A stretch of DNA of 60,973 bases from assembly GCA_964353635.1 (NCBI GenBank), contig CAYGVS010000003.1, positions 1 through 60,973 on the forward strand, given 5' to 3'. Position 1 is the stretch's first letter. The number at the start of each line of letters is the position of its first letter. This document shows, piece by piece, positions 44,734 through 54,304 of this stretch. The position numbers and the translations under genes are program-made. Below the pieces are notes generated by a model. It was not told where the DNA came from. It was given only the letters and a program-made list of their open reading frames with translations, and made no database searches. Origin of the DNA: an uncultured archaeon (GTDB lineage Archaea > Aenigmatarchaeota > Aenigmatarchaeia > QMZP01).

Positions 44734-45674
44734 AACTAACGAGGCTGTTTCCCCTGGTTGGGATTTTCATCTTCGCATACATACTCATGAACATAGATGT
44801 GGCGAAGACCCTGGATATAATCCTACGGGCAGACCCTTTATTTGTATTGTTAGGCGCGTCGATGATAGTTATTGCTGTGATCGTGAAATCAATAAAATGG
44901 AAATTTCTGATTGCGCTCTATGATAAGGAGTATCCCCTTAGTAAAATCATAAAGTCATGGCTCATGGGCTTTTCGATAAGCATGGTGACCCCGGCAAGGG
45001 TTGGTGATATCTCAAGGGCTTATTACATAAAGGATAAGATGGGGGTTGGAAAAGGGATGATCACGGTTGTTGCTGACAGGATAATTGATGTAGCTATTCT
45101 TTTTTCTCTGGCTGTATTGGGATTCATCTTTTTTATTGGCTTCTTCACCCAGTACTCTAGTATCTTTTATTGGGTCATTGGGCTGTTCCTCCTGTTCATT
45201 GCCGGGGTTTATCTCTCAACAAAGAAAAGGGTTATCAGGACGGTTTTAAGGCCTATTTTCAGCAGATTTGTCCCTGAAAAGCACAAGTCAAAAATCAACC
45301 TCACCTTCAATGATTTCTATGATGGACTAGGCACAATGAGGGAAAACAAAAGAAATGTTGTCATAGCATCATTACTTGGAATCGTTGTGTGGTTTTTCTC
45401 TATAATCCAGTATTATTTGTTGGCTATTGCAATAGGCATCCAGGTGCCCATTGCTTATTTCCTTTCAATCGTTCCTATCGTGGTGCTGCTTGATATGCTT
45501 CCCATATCATTCTCTGGAATCGGAACCCGCGACGCCGCGTTAATACTGTTCCTTTCGCTCGTTTCTGTGGGCAAAGAATATGCGATCTCCCTTTCGCTGC
45601 TTGTCCTATTCTTTGGCTATCTTACGGCAGGGCTTGCGGGTGCTGCTTTTATTCTTAGGGAGCATGCCAGATAG
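44730..45674 (+). CDS. UPF0104/LPG-synthase-TM-like (flippase-like) membrane protein
   Basis: ~8 predicted TM helices. The KSIKWKFLI motif region is typical of this family. ATGA coupling to the upstream gene. Confidence 0.6.
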   Translation: MKLTRLFPLVGIFIFAYILMNIDVAKTLDIILRADPLFVLLGASMIVIAVIVKSIKWKFLIALYDKEYPLSKIIKSWLMGFSISMVTPARVGDISRAYYIKDKMGVGKGMITVVADRIIDVAILFSLAVLGFIFFIGFFTQYSSIFYWVIGLFLLFIAGVYLSTKKRVIRTVLRPIFSRFVPEKHKSKINLTFNDFYDGLGTMRENKRNVVIASLLGIVVWFFSIIQYYLLAIAIGIQVPIAYFLSIVPIVVLLDMLPISFSGIGTRDAALILFLSLVSVGKEYAISLSLLVLFFGYLTAGLAGAAFILREHAR

Positions 45675-45709
45675 CATTATAAATTTCGCTACCAATCATA
45701 AAATGGTGA

Positions 45710-46603
45710 ATGTCTTTGAAAATCTCGGTAATAATCCCGACATTGAATGAGGAAGCCACTGTAGCGAAGGTCGTAAAGGATTTCAGGAAGAACAGGAAGG
45801 TAAGCGAGGTCATAGTTTTTGATGGCAATTCCTCTGACAGGACAAGGGAAAACGCAAGGAAGGCCGGGGCGAAAGTGCTCACACAGGACGGAAAGGGGAA
45901 AGGGATCGCCATAAGGGAGATTTTTGACAGGGTTGACACAGACATTTATGTCCTTGTTGACGGCGATGACACATACCCTGCAGAAAGCCTGGATGCGCTC
46001 CTCAATCCTGTATTGGAAAACAAGGCTGATATGGTGGTCGGAACGAGGATAAATAAAATGAGCCAGAAAGGTTCCCTGACAAGGTTTCATAGGTTCGGGA
46101 ACAAATTCATTTCAAGCCTCCTCAGCTTAAGCTTTGGCCAGAGGCTGACTGATGTTTTATCTGGCTATAGGGTAATCAAAAGGTCTGTTGTAAAAAGGAC
46201 TGTCATTACATCAAAAGGGTTTGAGGTTGAAACTGAGCTGAGCATCAAGGCCCTGCTTAACAATTTTAGGGTTCTTGAGGTACCGATAAAATACAGGAAA
46301 AGGTCTGTAAAAAGCGAGTCAAAACTAAGCTCATTCAGCGACGGATATCTGATAATCTACACTATCATATCAATGCTAAGAGATTATAAACCACTGTTGT
46401 TTTTTTCGGTGTTGTCGTTAATTTCAGGTGCTATAGGTTTGCTTACGGGCATATCTGTTGTCCAGGAATGGCTTGCAACCGGCCTCATAACAAGAATACC
46501 TACCGCCATTCTGTCAGCCCTCATGATATTCCTCAGCGTGCAATTCTTCACGATAGGAATTGTACTGGACTCAATAAAGAGAATGTTAGCGGAAAAGAAG
46601 TGA
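45710..46603 (+). CDS. GT2 glycosyltransferase, polyprenyl-phosphate sugar synthase-like (GtrB/DPM1 type, C-terminal TM helices)
   Basis: ISVIIPTLNEE, FDGNSSDRT, VDGDDTY, plus two C-terminal hydrophobic helices. Confidence 0.8.
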   Translation: MSLKISVIIPTLNEEATVAKVVKDFRKNRKVSEVIVFDGNSSDRTRENARKAGAKVLTQDGKGKGIAIREIFDRVDTDIYVLVDGDDTYPAESLDALLNPVLENKADMVVGTRINKMSQKGSLTRFHRFGNKFISSLLSLSFGQRLTDVLSGYRVIKRSVVKRTVITSKGFEVETELSIKALLNNFRVLEVPIKYRKRSVKSESKLSSFSDGYLIIYTIISMLRDYKPLLFFSVLSLISGAIGLLTGISVVQEWLATGLITRIPTAILSALMIFLSVQFFTIGIVLDSIKRMLAEKK

Positions 46604-46606
46604 TAA

Positions 46607-47716
46607 ATGCCTCTCGTGGGAATGGCATGTGATTTTATGATTACCGAATTGTTGATTCTGATTATATCACTTGTATTGCTCGGACTTCCTTTTATGATTG
46701 CATTCGCTTCCAGATTATTCAGGGAGCAGATGAATCCCAAACCATTCGAACCTAAAATCTCGATTATAATTCCCGCGCACAATGAAGAGAAAAACATAAG
46801 GTCAAAGGTTTTGGATTTGCTTTCAATTGATTATCCTAAAAACCGTTCACAAATAATTGTGGTTGATGACTGTTCCGATGACAGAACCGGTGACATATGC
46901 AGGCGGTTCAGAGGAAAAATAATATATAAGAAACTCAGCAAAAGGGAGGGAAAAATAGGTGCACTGAATGCTGGAATGAAACAGGCCAAAAATAATATCA
47001 TTGTCATTACCGACGCGGATACAAAAATCCAACCAGATTCGATTCGGATGCTGGTGAGGAATTTCAGCAGCCGAAAGATTGGTGCTGTGAACGGGAATCT
47101 TGAAATCAAGAATCATAAAGGCCTCATAGCCATGATGGAACGGGATTACGTGAATCAGAACAATAAGCTACTCTCAGCTGAAAGCAGGATGGGTTCTGTC
47201 GTATTTCTTTATGGCCAGCTGTGTGCATTTAGAAAGGATTTGATCAAAAAGATAGACCTTAAATCTGCTGTAGATGACATAGAAATTGCCCTGAGTATCC
47301 TTGAAATGGGAAATGATGTTGTACATGAAAGCCGGGCAGTAGTATTCGAAAAGCCTTCATCCACCCTTCATGATTTTTACAGACAGAAGAAAAGAAGAAC
47401 TGTGTGCAGCATGGAAGTGGTTTTCAGGCATATGGGGTTACTAAACCCAAGGTTTGGAGCAAAGGCCCTGTCGTTTTTCTCTCATAGAGTGATGCCATTC
47501 TTCAGCCCGTTTTTACTGGCGATTTTCATGTATGCAGCGGCTAGCATATCCTTTTATTTGATAGCTACGATATTATTAGGTGTTCTATTGGCCTCGATTT
47601 TCAAACCGGGATTTATTGCACATTTTATTTTCATGCAGGTTGTCGTAATCGCTTCTTGGATCAGCTTCCTTTCGGGAAATGCCCCGTCAGGGGCGAGCTG
47701 GAAACACAAGAAGTGA
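46607..47716 (+). CDS. Membrane-embedded GT2 glycosyltransferase (possibly processive type)
   Basis: N-terminal TM, ISIIIPAHNEE, VVDDCSDDRT, ITDADT, a Q-x-x-R-type motif (YRQKKRR) and C-terminal TM helices. Confidence 0.75.
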   Translation: MPLVGMACDFMITELLILIISLVLLGLPFMIAFASRLFREQMNPKPFEPKISIIIPAHNEEKNIRSKVLDLLSIDYPKNRSQIIVVDDCSDDRTGDICRRFRGKIIYKKLSKREGKIGALNAGMKQAKNNIIVITDADTKIQPDSIRMLVRNFSSRKIGAVNGNLEIKNHKGLIAMMERDYVNQNNKLLSAESRMGSVVFLYGQLCAFRKDLIKKIDLKSAVDDIEIALSILEMGNDVVHESRAVVFEKPSSTLHDFYRQKKRRTVCSMEVVFRHMGLLNPRFGAKALSFFSHRVMPFFSPFLLAIFMYAAASISFYLIATILLGVLLASIFKPGFIAHFIFMQVVVIASWISFLSGNAPSGASWKHKK

Positions 47717-47736
47717 TTTCGCCTGCACAAGGCATA

Positions 47737-48453
47737 TCACAAAACAGACTTTAGCCTGAGGATGTACGGTATCATCCCCAGCTCCCTTCCGAATCTGAAA
47801 GAGCTCTTCATCATCTCATTCCATCTTACAGGGATCTCCTTTATCCGATATCCCTTCCTCTGGGCCCTTATGAGGATCTCCGCATCCCAGAACCAGCCTC
47901 TCCTCAGCGAGCGGTCGTATCCTGCATCCTTCACGAGCTCAAGTATGATTTCCCTCTTGAACGCCTTGAAGCCACACTGATGATCCCTCACACTCGAGCC
48001 GAAATAGAGCCGCAGGAAGCTGTTGTAAGCAAGGCTGAAAAGCAGACGCGAAAGCCGCCTTTCCGTGACCGCGCCCTTGGCGTATCTGCTGCCGATCGCA
48101 ATCCCGTGCCTCTTAGCCGCCTCCACGAGCGCGGGCAGATAGCTTATGTCCGCTGCCAGGTCTATGTCCATGAAGACTATGATATCGCCGTTGGTCTCCT
48201 TGAACGACCTTGCAAGGTTCTCCCGCCTCGTGTATCCTTTCTCGTATCTTATATAGTTGATATCCAGCTCCTGCTTCAACCCGGAGGCGACTTCCGGCGT
48301 GCTGTCAGTGGAGCCGTCGTCCACCACGAAAAATTCATAGCGGTGCCGCGAGCCCTGTAGGGATTCGTGGACGCGCCTGACATTATCCCTCAGCCTTCCG
48401 GCCTCATTGTACACAGGAAACAAAACAGACACCAGATTCTCCATCCAAACCAC
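47737..48453 (-). CDS. GT2 glycosyltransferase (soluble DPM1-like)
   Basis: VSVLFPVYNEA, FVVDDGSTDST, FMDIDLA. Confidence 0.8.
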   Translation of the reverse strand: MVWMENLVSVLFPVYNEAGRLRDNVRRVHESLQGSRHRYEFFVVDDGSTDSTPEVASGLKQELDINYIRYEKGYTRRENLARSFKETNGDIIVFMDIDLAADISYLPALVEAAKRHGIAIGSRYAKGAVTERRLSRLLFSLAYNSFLRLYFGSSVRDHQCGFKAFKREIILELVKDAGYDRSLRRGWFWDAEILIRAQRKGYRIKEIPVRWNEMMKSSFRFGRELGMIPYILRLKSVL

Positions 48454-48519
48454 TCTTTAATTTAAAGAAGATGCTTTTTAATTAGTTCACATACGTCTGA
48501 TTTATATTCTGTTAGAGAA

Positions 48520-49545
48520 TTAGCTGCTATTGAGGGCCTCGTATATTTCTGTGAACACATCTTTCAATCCTATCCTGATGTCCCATCCTGGATAGTGCGA
48601 CCTTACCTTGTTTATGTTGGATATCCACCAGATGTGGTCAGCCTCCCTCTCAGGCGCATTCTGGTATTTCATCTTCTTCCCTGTTATCTCATCTATCAGG
48701 TCAAAGCTCTCTAGCAGGGAAATCGAATTCTTCAAGCCTCCGCCCACATTGTAGACTTCCCCAGGCCTAGGCTTCTCCACGAACCTGTAGAACAGCAGGG
48801 CAAGGTCCCGCGCGTGTATCACGTCCCTCACCTGGTAGCCGCCATGTCCATACACGTTTAAGGTCTCGCCAGCAAGCGCCTTCTTCATGAAGAACGGCTC
48901 CCAGTTATGCATCTCCACGGCCTTTGCAGCTGCCCCGGTTATACACCCCATCCTGAACACGCCTGTCTTGAGTCCATAAAGGTAGGCATATTCCTGTGTA
49001 TAAAGATCTGCCGCTACCTTGGATACACCAAAAGGCGTGTGCATGTTCCTGTCAATCTGCAGGCTCTCATCAAAGCCGTCTTTAAGTGAAGGGCTCAGAG
49101 GCACGAACCTATTGCCTTCTTTCCTGTATGCAAAATGATTTGGCATTTCTCCATAGACCTTATTAGTGGAGCAGAACACGAATGGCACATCCTTGTTGTT
49201 TTGTCTTACAGCCTCCAGAAGGTTCAGCGTCCCCCACGCATTTATCTGGAAATCCTCGAGAGGTATCTCAATCGATTTTGGGTGGGAGGGTTGGGCTGCG
49301 GTGTGGATAACAGCATCGCATCTTTTAATCAGGTCAGCAATCCTTTCGTCCCTGATGTCTATCTCGTGATGCTCCACGCCGAAATCTTTCAGGAAGGATA
49401 CGTTGGGTTTAGTCTGGCCTTCGGCGCCGAATATTTTACCCCTCATATAATTGTCAACGCTTAATACATCCCAACCTTTTTCAGAAAAAAGCCTGCAGCA
49501 CTCAGTTCCCACTAGTCCAACACCGCCTGTCACTAGAACGCGCAT
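48520..49545 (-). CDS. NAD-dependent epimerase/dehydratase (extended SDR)
   Basis: MRVLVTGGVGLVG, STNKVYG, YGVSKVAAD (YxxxK). The start is set at the ATG at 49545 because the longer ORF overlaps the upstream gene. Confidence 0.75.
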   Translation of the reverse strand: MRVLVTGGVGLVGTECCRLFSEKGWDVLSVDNYMRGKIFGAEGQTKPNVSFLKDFGVEHHEIDIRDERIADLIKRCDAVIHTAAQPSHPKSIEIPLEDFQINAWGTLNLLEAVRQNNKDVPFVFCSTNKVYGEMPNHFAYRKEGNRFVPLSPSLKDGFDESLQIDRNMHTPFGVSKVAADLYTQEYAYLYGLKTGVFRMGCITGAAAKAVEMHNWEPFFMKKALAGETLNVYGHGGYQVRDVIHARDLALLFYRFVEKPRPGEVYNVGGGLKNSISLLESFDLIDEITGKKMKYQNAPEREADHIWWISNINKVRSHYPGWDIRIGLKDVFTEIYEALNSS

Positions 49546-49597
49546 CAAAACACCTGTAAGAAATTCATATCTAAGTTTTATATCCTTTGGGTTTAGA

Positions 49598-50701
49598 TCA
49601 TTTCGCTCCAAAAAAGTTTTTCCTTATTCTTTCACTCTCATCAAATCGGTCGTTAGCCTGTGTCTTCTCTCCCCATGTCACAAGGGCTTTAAGCCCTTTA
49701 CTTATATTCCATTTAGGAACAAAGCCTATTTCCTTCTTCACCTTTGTTATGTCAGCGAAGTCGTGCCTGTTGTCTCCGACCCTGAAGTCGCCTGTGACAT
49801 TAGGCTGGACACCCGAGCCTGTCAACTCTGATAGGATTTCTGCAATCTCGTTCACGGAAACGGGTTCTCCTGTACCCAGATTGAAAACACCCTCTGCTTT
49901 GTGTTCCAGAACCTTGACAAGAAAATCCACAGCATCTTCTATGAAAACATAATCCCTCAATTGTTTGCCATCCTCAAATATCACAGGTGATTGTCCATTT
50001 TTGATTCGGCTAAGGAATATAGAGCATACCCCACTATACGGGTTGCTTAGGCTTTGCCCGGGACCGTAAATGCTAAAACCTCTGAAGACCATGGTGGATA
50101 TACCAAGTGCGCTTCCAAAAGTAAGGGCGAGGTTCTCTGTATCATACTTGGAAAGCGCATAAACTGATATAGGATTGATCGGCTTGCCCTCCTTTGTACC
50201 TATTGGAGAGACCTTTTCCCCGCATTTGGGGCAGTTGACTTCCCATTCTCCCCTTTCTAATAATTCCCTTTCCCTGAGTGGAGGGTAGACTATTCCACAA
50301 ACCTCACATTCATAGGTCCCTTCGCCATAAATGGTTTTTGAGCTTGGAATTATAATCCTCTTTACAGACTTCCTAATTTCAAGCTGGTTCAGGAGCACTT
50401 CATAAAGGTTAGCAGTGCCTATCGTATTTGTTTGAAGGAAGTGAACAGGCTTGTGCATGCTCTGACTTATACCGACTGCAGCGGCAAGGTGGTATACAGC
50501 TTCTACACCCTGTAATCCCTTAAGCCAGTCAGAAGGATTATTCACGCTGCCTTTAATGAATTCCACGTCTTCCGGGATATTCGTGTGATGGATTTGTGGA
50601 TCAAGGTTGTCAAGAATCCTCACACTGTTTCCTTCTTCGAGCAGCTTTTTCACAAGATGAGAACCGATAAAGCCGGCCCCTCCAGTGACAAGGATTTTCA
50701 T
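49598..50701 (-). CDS. NAD-dependent epimerase/dehydratase with an inserted CxxC...CxxC zinc-ribbon
   Basis: MKILVTGGAGFIGSHL, SSKTIYGE, YALSKY (YxxxK). About 35-40 extra residues, ECEVCG...NCPKCG, lie between the Ser and Tyr motifs. Confidence 0.8.
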   Translation of the reverse strand: MKILVTGGAGFIGSHLVKKLLEEGNSVRILDNLDPQIHHTNIPEDVEFIKGSVNNPSDWLKGLQGVEAVYHLAAAVGISQSMHKPVHFLQTNTIGTANLYEVLLNQLEIRKSVKRIIIPSSKTIYGEGTYECEVCGIVYPPLRERELLERGEWEVNCPKCGEKVSPIGTKEGKPINPISVYALSKYDTENLALTFGSALGISTMVFRGFSIYGPGQSLSNPYSGVCSIFLSRIKNGQSPVIFEDGKQLRDYVFIEDAVDFLVKVLEHKAEGVFNLGTGEPVSVNEIAEILSELTGSGVQPNVTGDFRVGDNRHDFADITKVKKEIGFVPKWNISKGLKALVTWGEKTQANDRFDESERIRKNFFGAK

Positions 50702-50763
50702 GCGTATACTGATGGATTATGTCTTATAAAACTAACAGCGGATGGTTTGCCACCATTCCACAA

Positions 50764-50877
50764 ATTTATATTCCTCACTCTTAGAAATGCATTATGAAAG
50801 CGATAATAGCGAACCCGCCCTGGATGTACAAGGAAGACAGGGTTGTTCCTCCGCCAATTTTTCATATGCATGTACAG
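50764..50877 (+). repeat. Duplicated promoter-plus-5'-coding segment (copy at the methyltransferase gene)
   Basis: atttatatt(c/t)ctcact...attATGAAAGC(g/a)ATAATAGCGAA(c/t)CCGCCCTGGATGTACAAGG is shared with 51582-51740. This copy lacks 45 nt present in the other. Confidence 0.75.
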
Positions 50878-51558
50878 GATAAGTCTGCTGAAAAAAAGTT
50901 CTTCGATTCCAGAGAGGAATGGAACGTGTTCTCCGAATGGAGATACAGCTCGCTTGTTGATTACTGGCTCAAGGAATCAGGAATCCGTTCGGGGGAATTG
51001 CTTGATCTGGGTTGTGGGAGCGGCATTTTCGGCCACTACTTCAAGAAGAAGGGCTTTCGAGTAGTCGGCTTGGATGTCTCTTCTTCCTTGGTTAAAGTCG
51101 CTGCAAAAAGGCTTGATTCGGCTGTTGTGGGAGATGCTGAAAACACCCCTTTCGAGGAAAGCCGATTTGATGGGGTAATCGCAGGAGGACTGCTTCACCA
51201 CTTTCCTTCAAAACAGAATCTGGTAAAAGAAATGAACCGCGTGCTCAAGAGAAAAGGCTTTTTGTTCACACAAGACCCTAACATGCTCAACCCGAAGATA
51301 ATGGTTTCCCAAGCCGCTTTCTCCCCATTTCGGTCGGGAGTTACAGAGAACGAATGCCCCATCACGCCTGAGGAACTGGTTAGGTCAATAAATCCCTTCT
51401 TCCAAACAGTCTCTCTAAAATTTTTCTCATTCATCCCGCCCCAAACGAGGTTGGGTGATAGAGCGGCTTCTGCTTATCTTAAAATGGAGTCTCTTCTGCA
51501 GAGAACGCCGCTCAAATATCTCGGAGCCGATTTGGTAAGCGTTTCCTCAAAGCGTTGA
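50794..51558 (+). CDS. Class I SAM-dependent methyltransferase with a borrowed radical-SAM-type N-terminus
   Basis: LDLGCGSGIFGHYF...VVGLDVS...GDAENTPFEESRFDGVI is the Methyltransf_11-like core. The first ~26 aa, MKAIIANPPWMYK...DRVVPPPIFHM, duplicate the start of the next gene. Confidence 0.8.
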   Translation: MKAIIANPPWMYKEDRVVPPPIFHMHVQDKSAEKKFFDSREEWNVFSEWRYSSLVDYWLKESGIRSGELLDLGCGSGIFGHYFKKKGFRVVGLDVSSSLVKVAAKRLDSAVVGDAENTPFEESRFDGVIAGGLLHHFPSKQNLVKEMNRVLKRKGFLFTQDPNMLNPKIMVSQAAFSPFRSGVTENECPITPEELVRSINPFFQTVSLKFFSFIPPQTRLGDRAASAYLKMESLLQRTPLKYLGADLVSVSSKR

Positions 51559-51581
51559 TTAATGTTCTCCAGCGAGACAAG

Positions 51582-51740
51582 ATTTATATTTCTCACTTCT
51601 AGAATAAGAAGGTATTATGAAAGCAATAATAGCGAATCCGCCCTGGATGTACAAGGGGTACTACGGAGTAAGGGCGACCAGCAGGTGGCCTCACCTGAGG
51701 AAAGACAGGGTGATACCTCCTCCGATATTCCACATGTACG
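51582..51740 (+). repeat. Duplicated promoter-plus-5'-coding segment (copy at the radical SAM gene)
   Basis: See 50764-50877. Confidence 0.75.
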
Positions 51741-53035
51741 CTGCCGCCGTCCTCGAGCAGAACGGGATACAGGTAAAAGGGATAGACGCCGTGCAGAAGG
51801 AGATGACCATAGAGGAATTCGTCCAGGAGGTCAAGGCAGGCAATCCGGACTACCTGTTCATGGAAACCGCGTACACTTCCTACAATTTCGACAAGCTGAC
51901 CATCGAAGCGCTGAGAAAGGAAACGCCTGCAAAGATAGTGATATTCGGGCCGCATTCCACCGCCATAGGCGAGCAACTGATGATGGAGAACCCGAATATA
52001 GATATGGCGGTCAAAGGAGAGTATGATTACACACTATCCGAGATAATGCAGAACCAGAGCAATCCTGAGAAGGTAAAGGGGATAGCGTTCAGGGACGGCG
52101 GCAGGATAGTGACGACGGAGCCTAGGCCGCTCATCACTGACATCGATTCACTTCCCATGCCGGCAAGGCATCTCTACGAGATACACGGCTACGAGGAGCC
52201 TATGTACAGGAGGCCGAATTTCCTTATATCTACCAGCAGGGGATGCCCGTACGGATGCTCGTTCTGCGTCTGGCCTGCGACAATCCACGGGAACATGTTC
52301 AGGTTCAGGAGCGCCAAGAACGTGGTGGATGAGATAGAACTCTTGGTTGAACGGTACGGAGCCAAGAGCATAAACATCGATGATGACACATTCACCGTCA
52401 GGAAGGACAGGGTGATAGAGATATGCGACGAGATTCTGAGACGGAAGCTGGACATAACATGGTATTGCTATTCCAGGACGAACATAGACGACATCGAGCT
52501 TTACGAGAAGATGGCCATGTCTGGCTGCGAAATCGTCAGGTTCGGTGTGGAATCCTCAAGCAACAGTGCCCTGAAGAACGTCGAGAAGAAACTGACAGTC
52601 GAGCAGATAAGGAAAGGCTTCCACATAGCTGAAAGGGCAGGGATAAAGACCATGGGGACGTTCACATTCGGCCTTCCAGGAGAGACGAAGGACGACATCC
52701 TGAACACGATCGAGCTATCAAAGAAGCTAAATCCGTTCGTCGTCCAATATTCTTTCATAGTCCCGTTTCCCGGGACAAAGCTTTATGATCAGGGGAAGGC
52801 GAACGGCTGGTTCAGGGATGAAGACATAGACGGGTTCTCAGGAAGCGTGATGCCGGTGCTTGTGCCCGAAGGCATGACGAGGGAGGAGCTTTCCTCGACC
52901 GTGAGCGGCGCCTATAAGAGCTTCTATCTGAGGCCCTCTTACATGATCAAGGCGCTGGGCATGTCCAGCGACATGCACGATTTAATGAGGCTCGCCAGAG
53001 GCTTCAATTCAATTGTAAAAAGGTTCGGGATCTGA
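51617..53035 (+). CDS. B12-binding-domain radical SAM enzyme (class B)
   Basis: N-terminal B12-like domain (IIANPPW...PPPIFHMYAAAVLEQNGIQV..ID), then SRGCPYGCSFCVW (CxxxCxxC). Confidence 0.85.
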   Translation: MKAIIANPPWMYKGYYGVRATSRWPHLRKDRVIPPPIFHMYAAAVLEQNGIQVKGIDAVQKEMTIEEFVQEVKAGNPDYLFMETAYTSYNFDKLTIEALRKETPAKIVIFGPHSTAIGEQLMMENPNIDMAVKGEYDYTLSEIMQNQSNPEKVKGIAFRDGGRIVTTEPRPLITDIDSLPMPARHLYEIHGYEEPMYRRPNFLISTSRGCPYGCSFCVWPATIHGNMFRFRSAKNVVDEIELLVERYGAKSINIDDDTFTVRKDRVIEICDEILRRKLDITWYCYSRTNIDDIELYEKMAMSGCEIVRFGVESSSNSALKNVEKKLTVEQIRKGFHIAERAGIKTMGTFTFGLPGETKDDILNTIELSKKLNPFVVQYSFIVPFPGTKLYDQGKANGWFRDEDIDGFSGSVMPVLVPEGMTREELSSTVSGAYKSFYLRPSYMIKALGMSSDMHDLMRLARGFNSIVKRFGI

Positions 53036-53062
53036 CCGGGTGATAAAATCAGGATACTGCTT

Positions 53063-54304
53063 GTGAGCGAGGGTTCTGTGCCCAGTTCCTACAAATCCAG
53101 CAGGGCGGATATACTGGCCATCTTCCTGAAAAGGGCGGGCCATGAGATAACAGTCGTATGCCCTGAGCCGAAGAACAAGAAGGACATGCAGAACAGCGAT
53201 TACGAGGGTATCAAGATAATCTACACTCCGGAGATCCAGCAATCGAGCCTCCTCAGTCGGGCCAAATCATTCTTCGCAATCCGGAAGGCTATGAAAAGAG
53301 TCCTTTCCGAGAGCGAGTTCGACCTGATAAGGTCGATCTCCCTCATCCCGGGATACGTTTCGGCCAAGCTCAGGCCGGAATGCCCGGTCATGACCAGCCT
53401 CACGGACTTCTATTCGGATTTCTACCTGCAATTCAACCTTCCCGCGAAAAGAATGGCCATCCCCATCATAAAAAGAATGGAGCGTTCGATAATGGAGAAC
53501 ACGGACCTGGTTGTTGTGGATACGCCCTCCCAGCGGGATGAATGGGGGAAATGGGGGCTCGACAAAACGAGGGGAGTGGCAATACCACACGGCATTGATC
53601 CGGCAAGATTCAAGAGTTCCAGGAAGAGCAACAAGATTTTGGAAAAGTATAGACTGGGGAAGAGCAGGGTCCTATTCTTCCACGGAGACATCAGCAACCT
53701 CGACGGACTGGATCTGCTGGCGGAGGCGGCCCAAAAACTGAGGAAGGAATTCGACATAAGGGTCATGGTGGTCGGTGACGGGAGAAGGAGGTACATGGAA
53801 TTCCTGAGGCAGGCTATTAGGGAAAGGGGACTGGAAGATATATTCATCTTCACCGGCTGGGTCCCGTATGAGGAAATAGAAGACTACCTTTCCTGTGCAG
53901 ACGTTTTTGTCTCTCCTTTTAGGCTTTCAAGCACTTCAAACACCAACGTCACAAACAAGATTCTGGAATACTTCGCAATGAGTAGGCCGGTTGTCACCAC
54001 AAAATCACTCGGTATAGACCAGATGTTTCCCGGATGCGTTTTCTATGCTGAACCGAATGATCCACAATCCTTGGCAGCTTCGATAAGGATGGCGCTCAAT
54101 GGCCAGCATTTCAAGGAAAAAATACAAAATGCCAGTAAGATACCAGCGATCTATTCGTGGAAGAATATAGTTAGACACGAAGAAATGGTAATGAATGCCC
54201 TTGTCAAAAATAGGAACCGGGATTTCCAAAGTTTCGATTGGAATCTCACATACCTGGGACAGGACAACTCCTTTAATATTTCAAAAACACAAGAACGATT
54301 ATGA
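53063..54304 (+). CDS. GT4-family (GT-B) glycosyltransferase
   Basis: VLFFHGD....DGLDLL..A...L.....I..MVVGDG, ADVFVSPF and NKILEYFAMSRPVV (E-x7-E region). GTG start. The in-frame upstream KIRILL would fit a longer N-terminus, but no canonical start codon is present. Confidence 0.75.
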   Translation: MSEGSVPSSYKSSRADILAIFLKRAGHEITVVCPEPKNKKDMQNSDYEGIKIIYTPEIQQSSLLSRAKSFFAIRKAMKRVLSESEFDLIRSISLIPGYVSAKLRPECPVMTSLTDFYSDFYLQFNLPAKRMAIPIIKRMERSIMENTDLVVVDTPSQRDEWGKWGLDKTRGVAIPHGIDPARFKSSRKSNKILEKYRLGKSRVLFFHGDISNLDGLDLLAEAAQKLRKEFDIRVMVVGDGRRRYMEFLRQAIRERGLEDIFIFTGWVPYEEIEDYLSCADVFVSPFRLSSTSNTNVTNKILEYFAMSRPVVTTKSLGIDQMFPGCVFYAEPNDPQSLAASIRMALNGQHFKEKIQNASKIPAIYSWKNIVRHEEMVMNALVKNRNRDFQSFDWNLTYLGQDNSFNISKTQERL

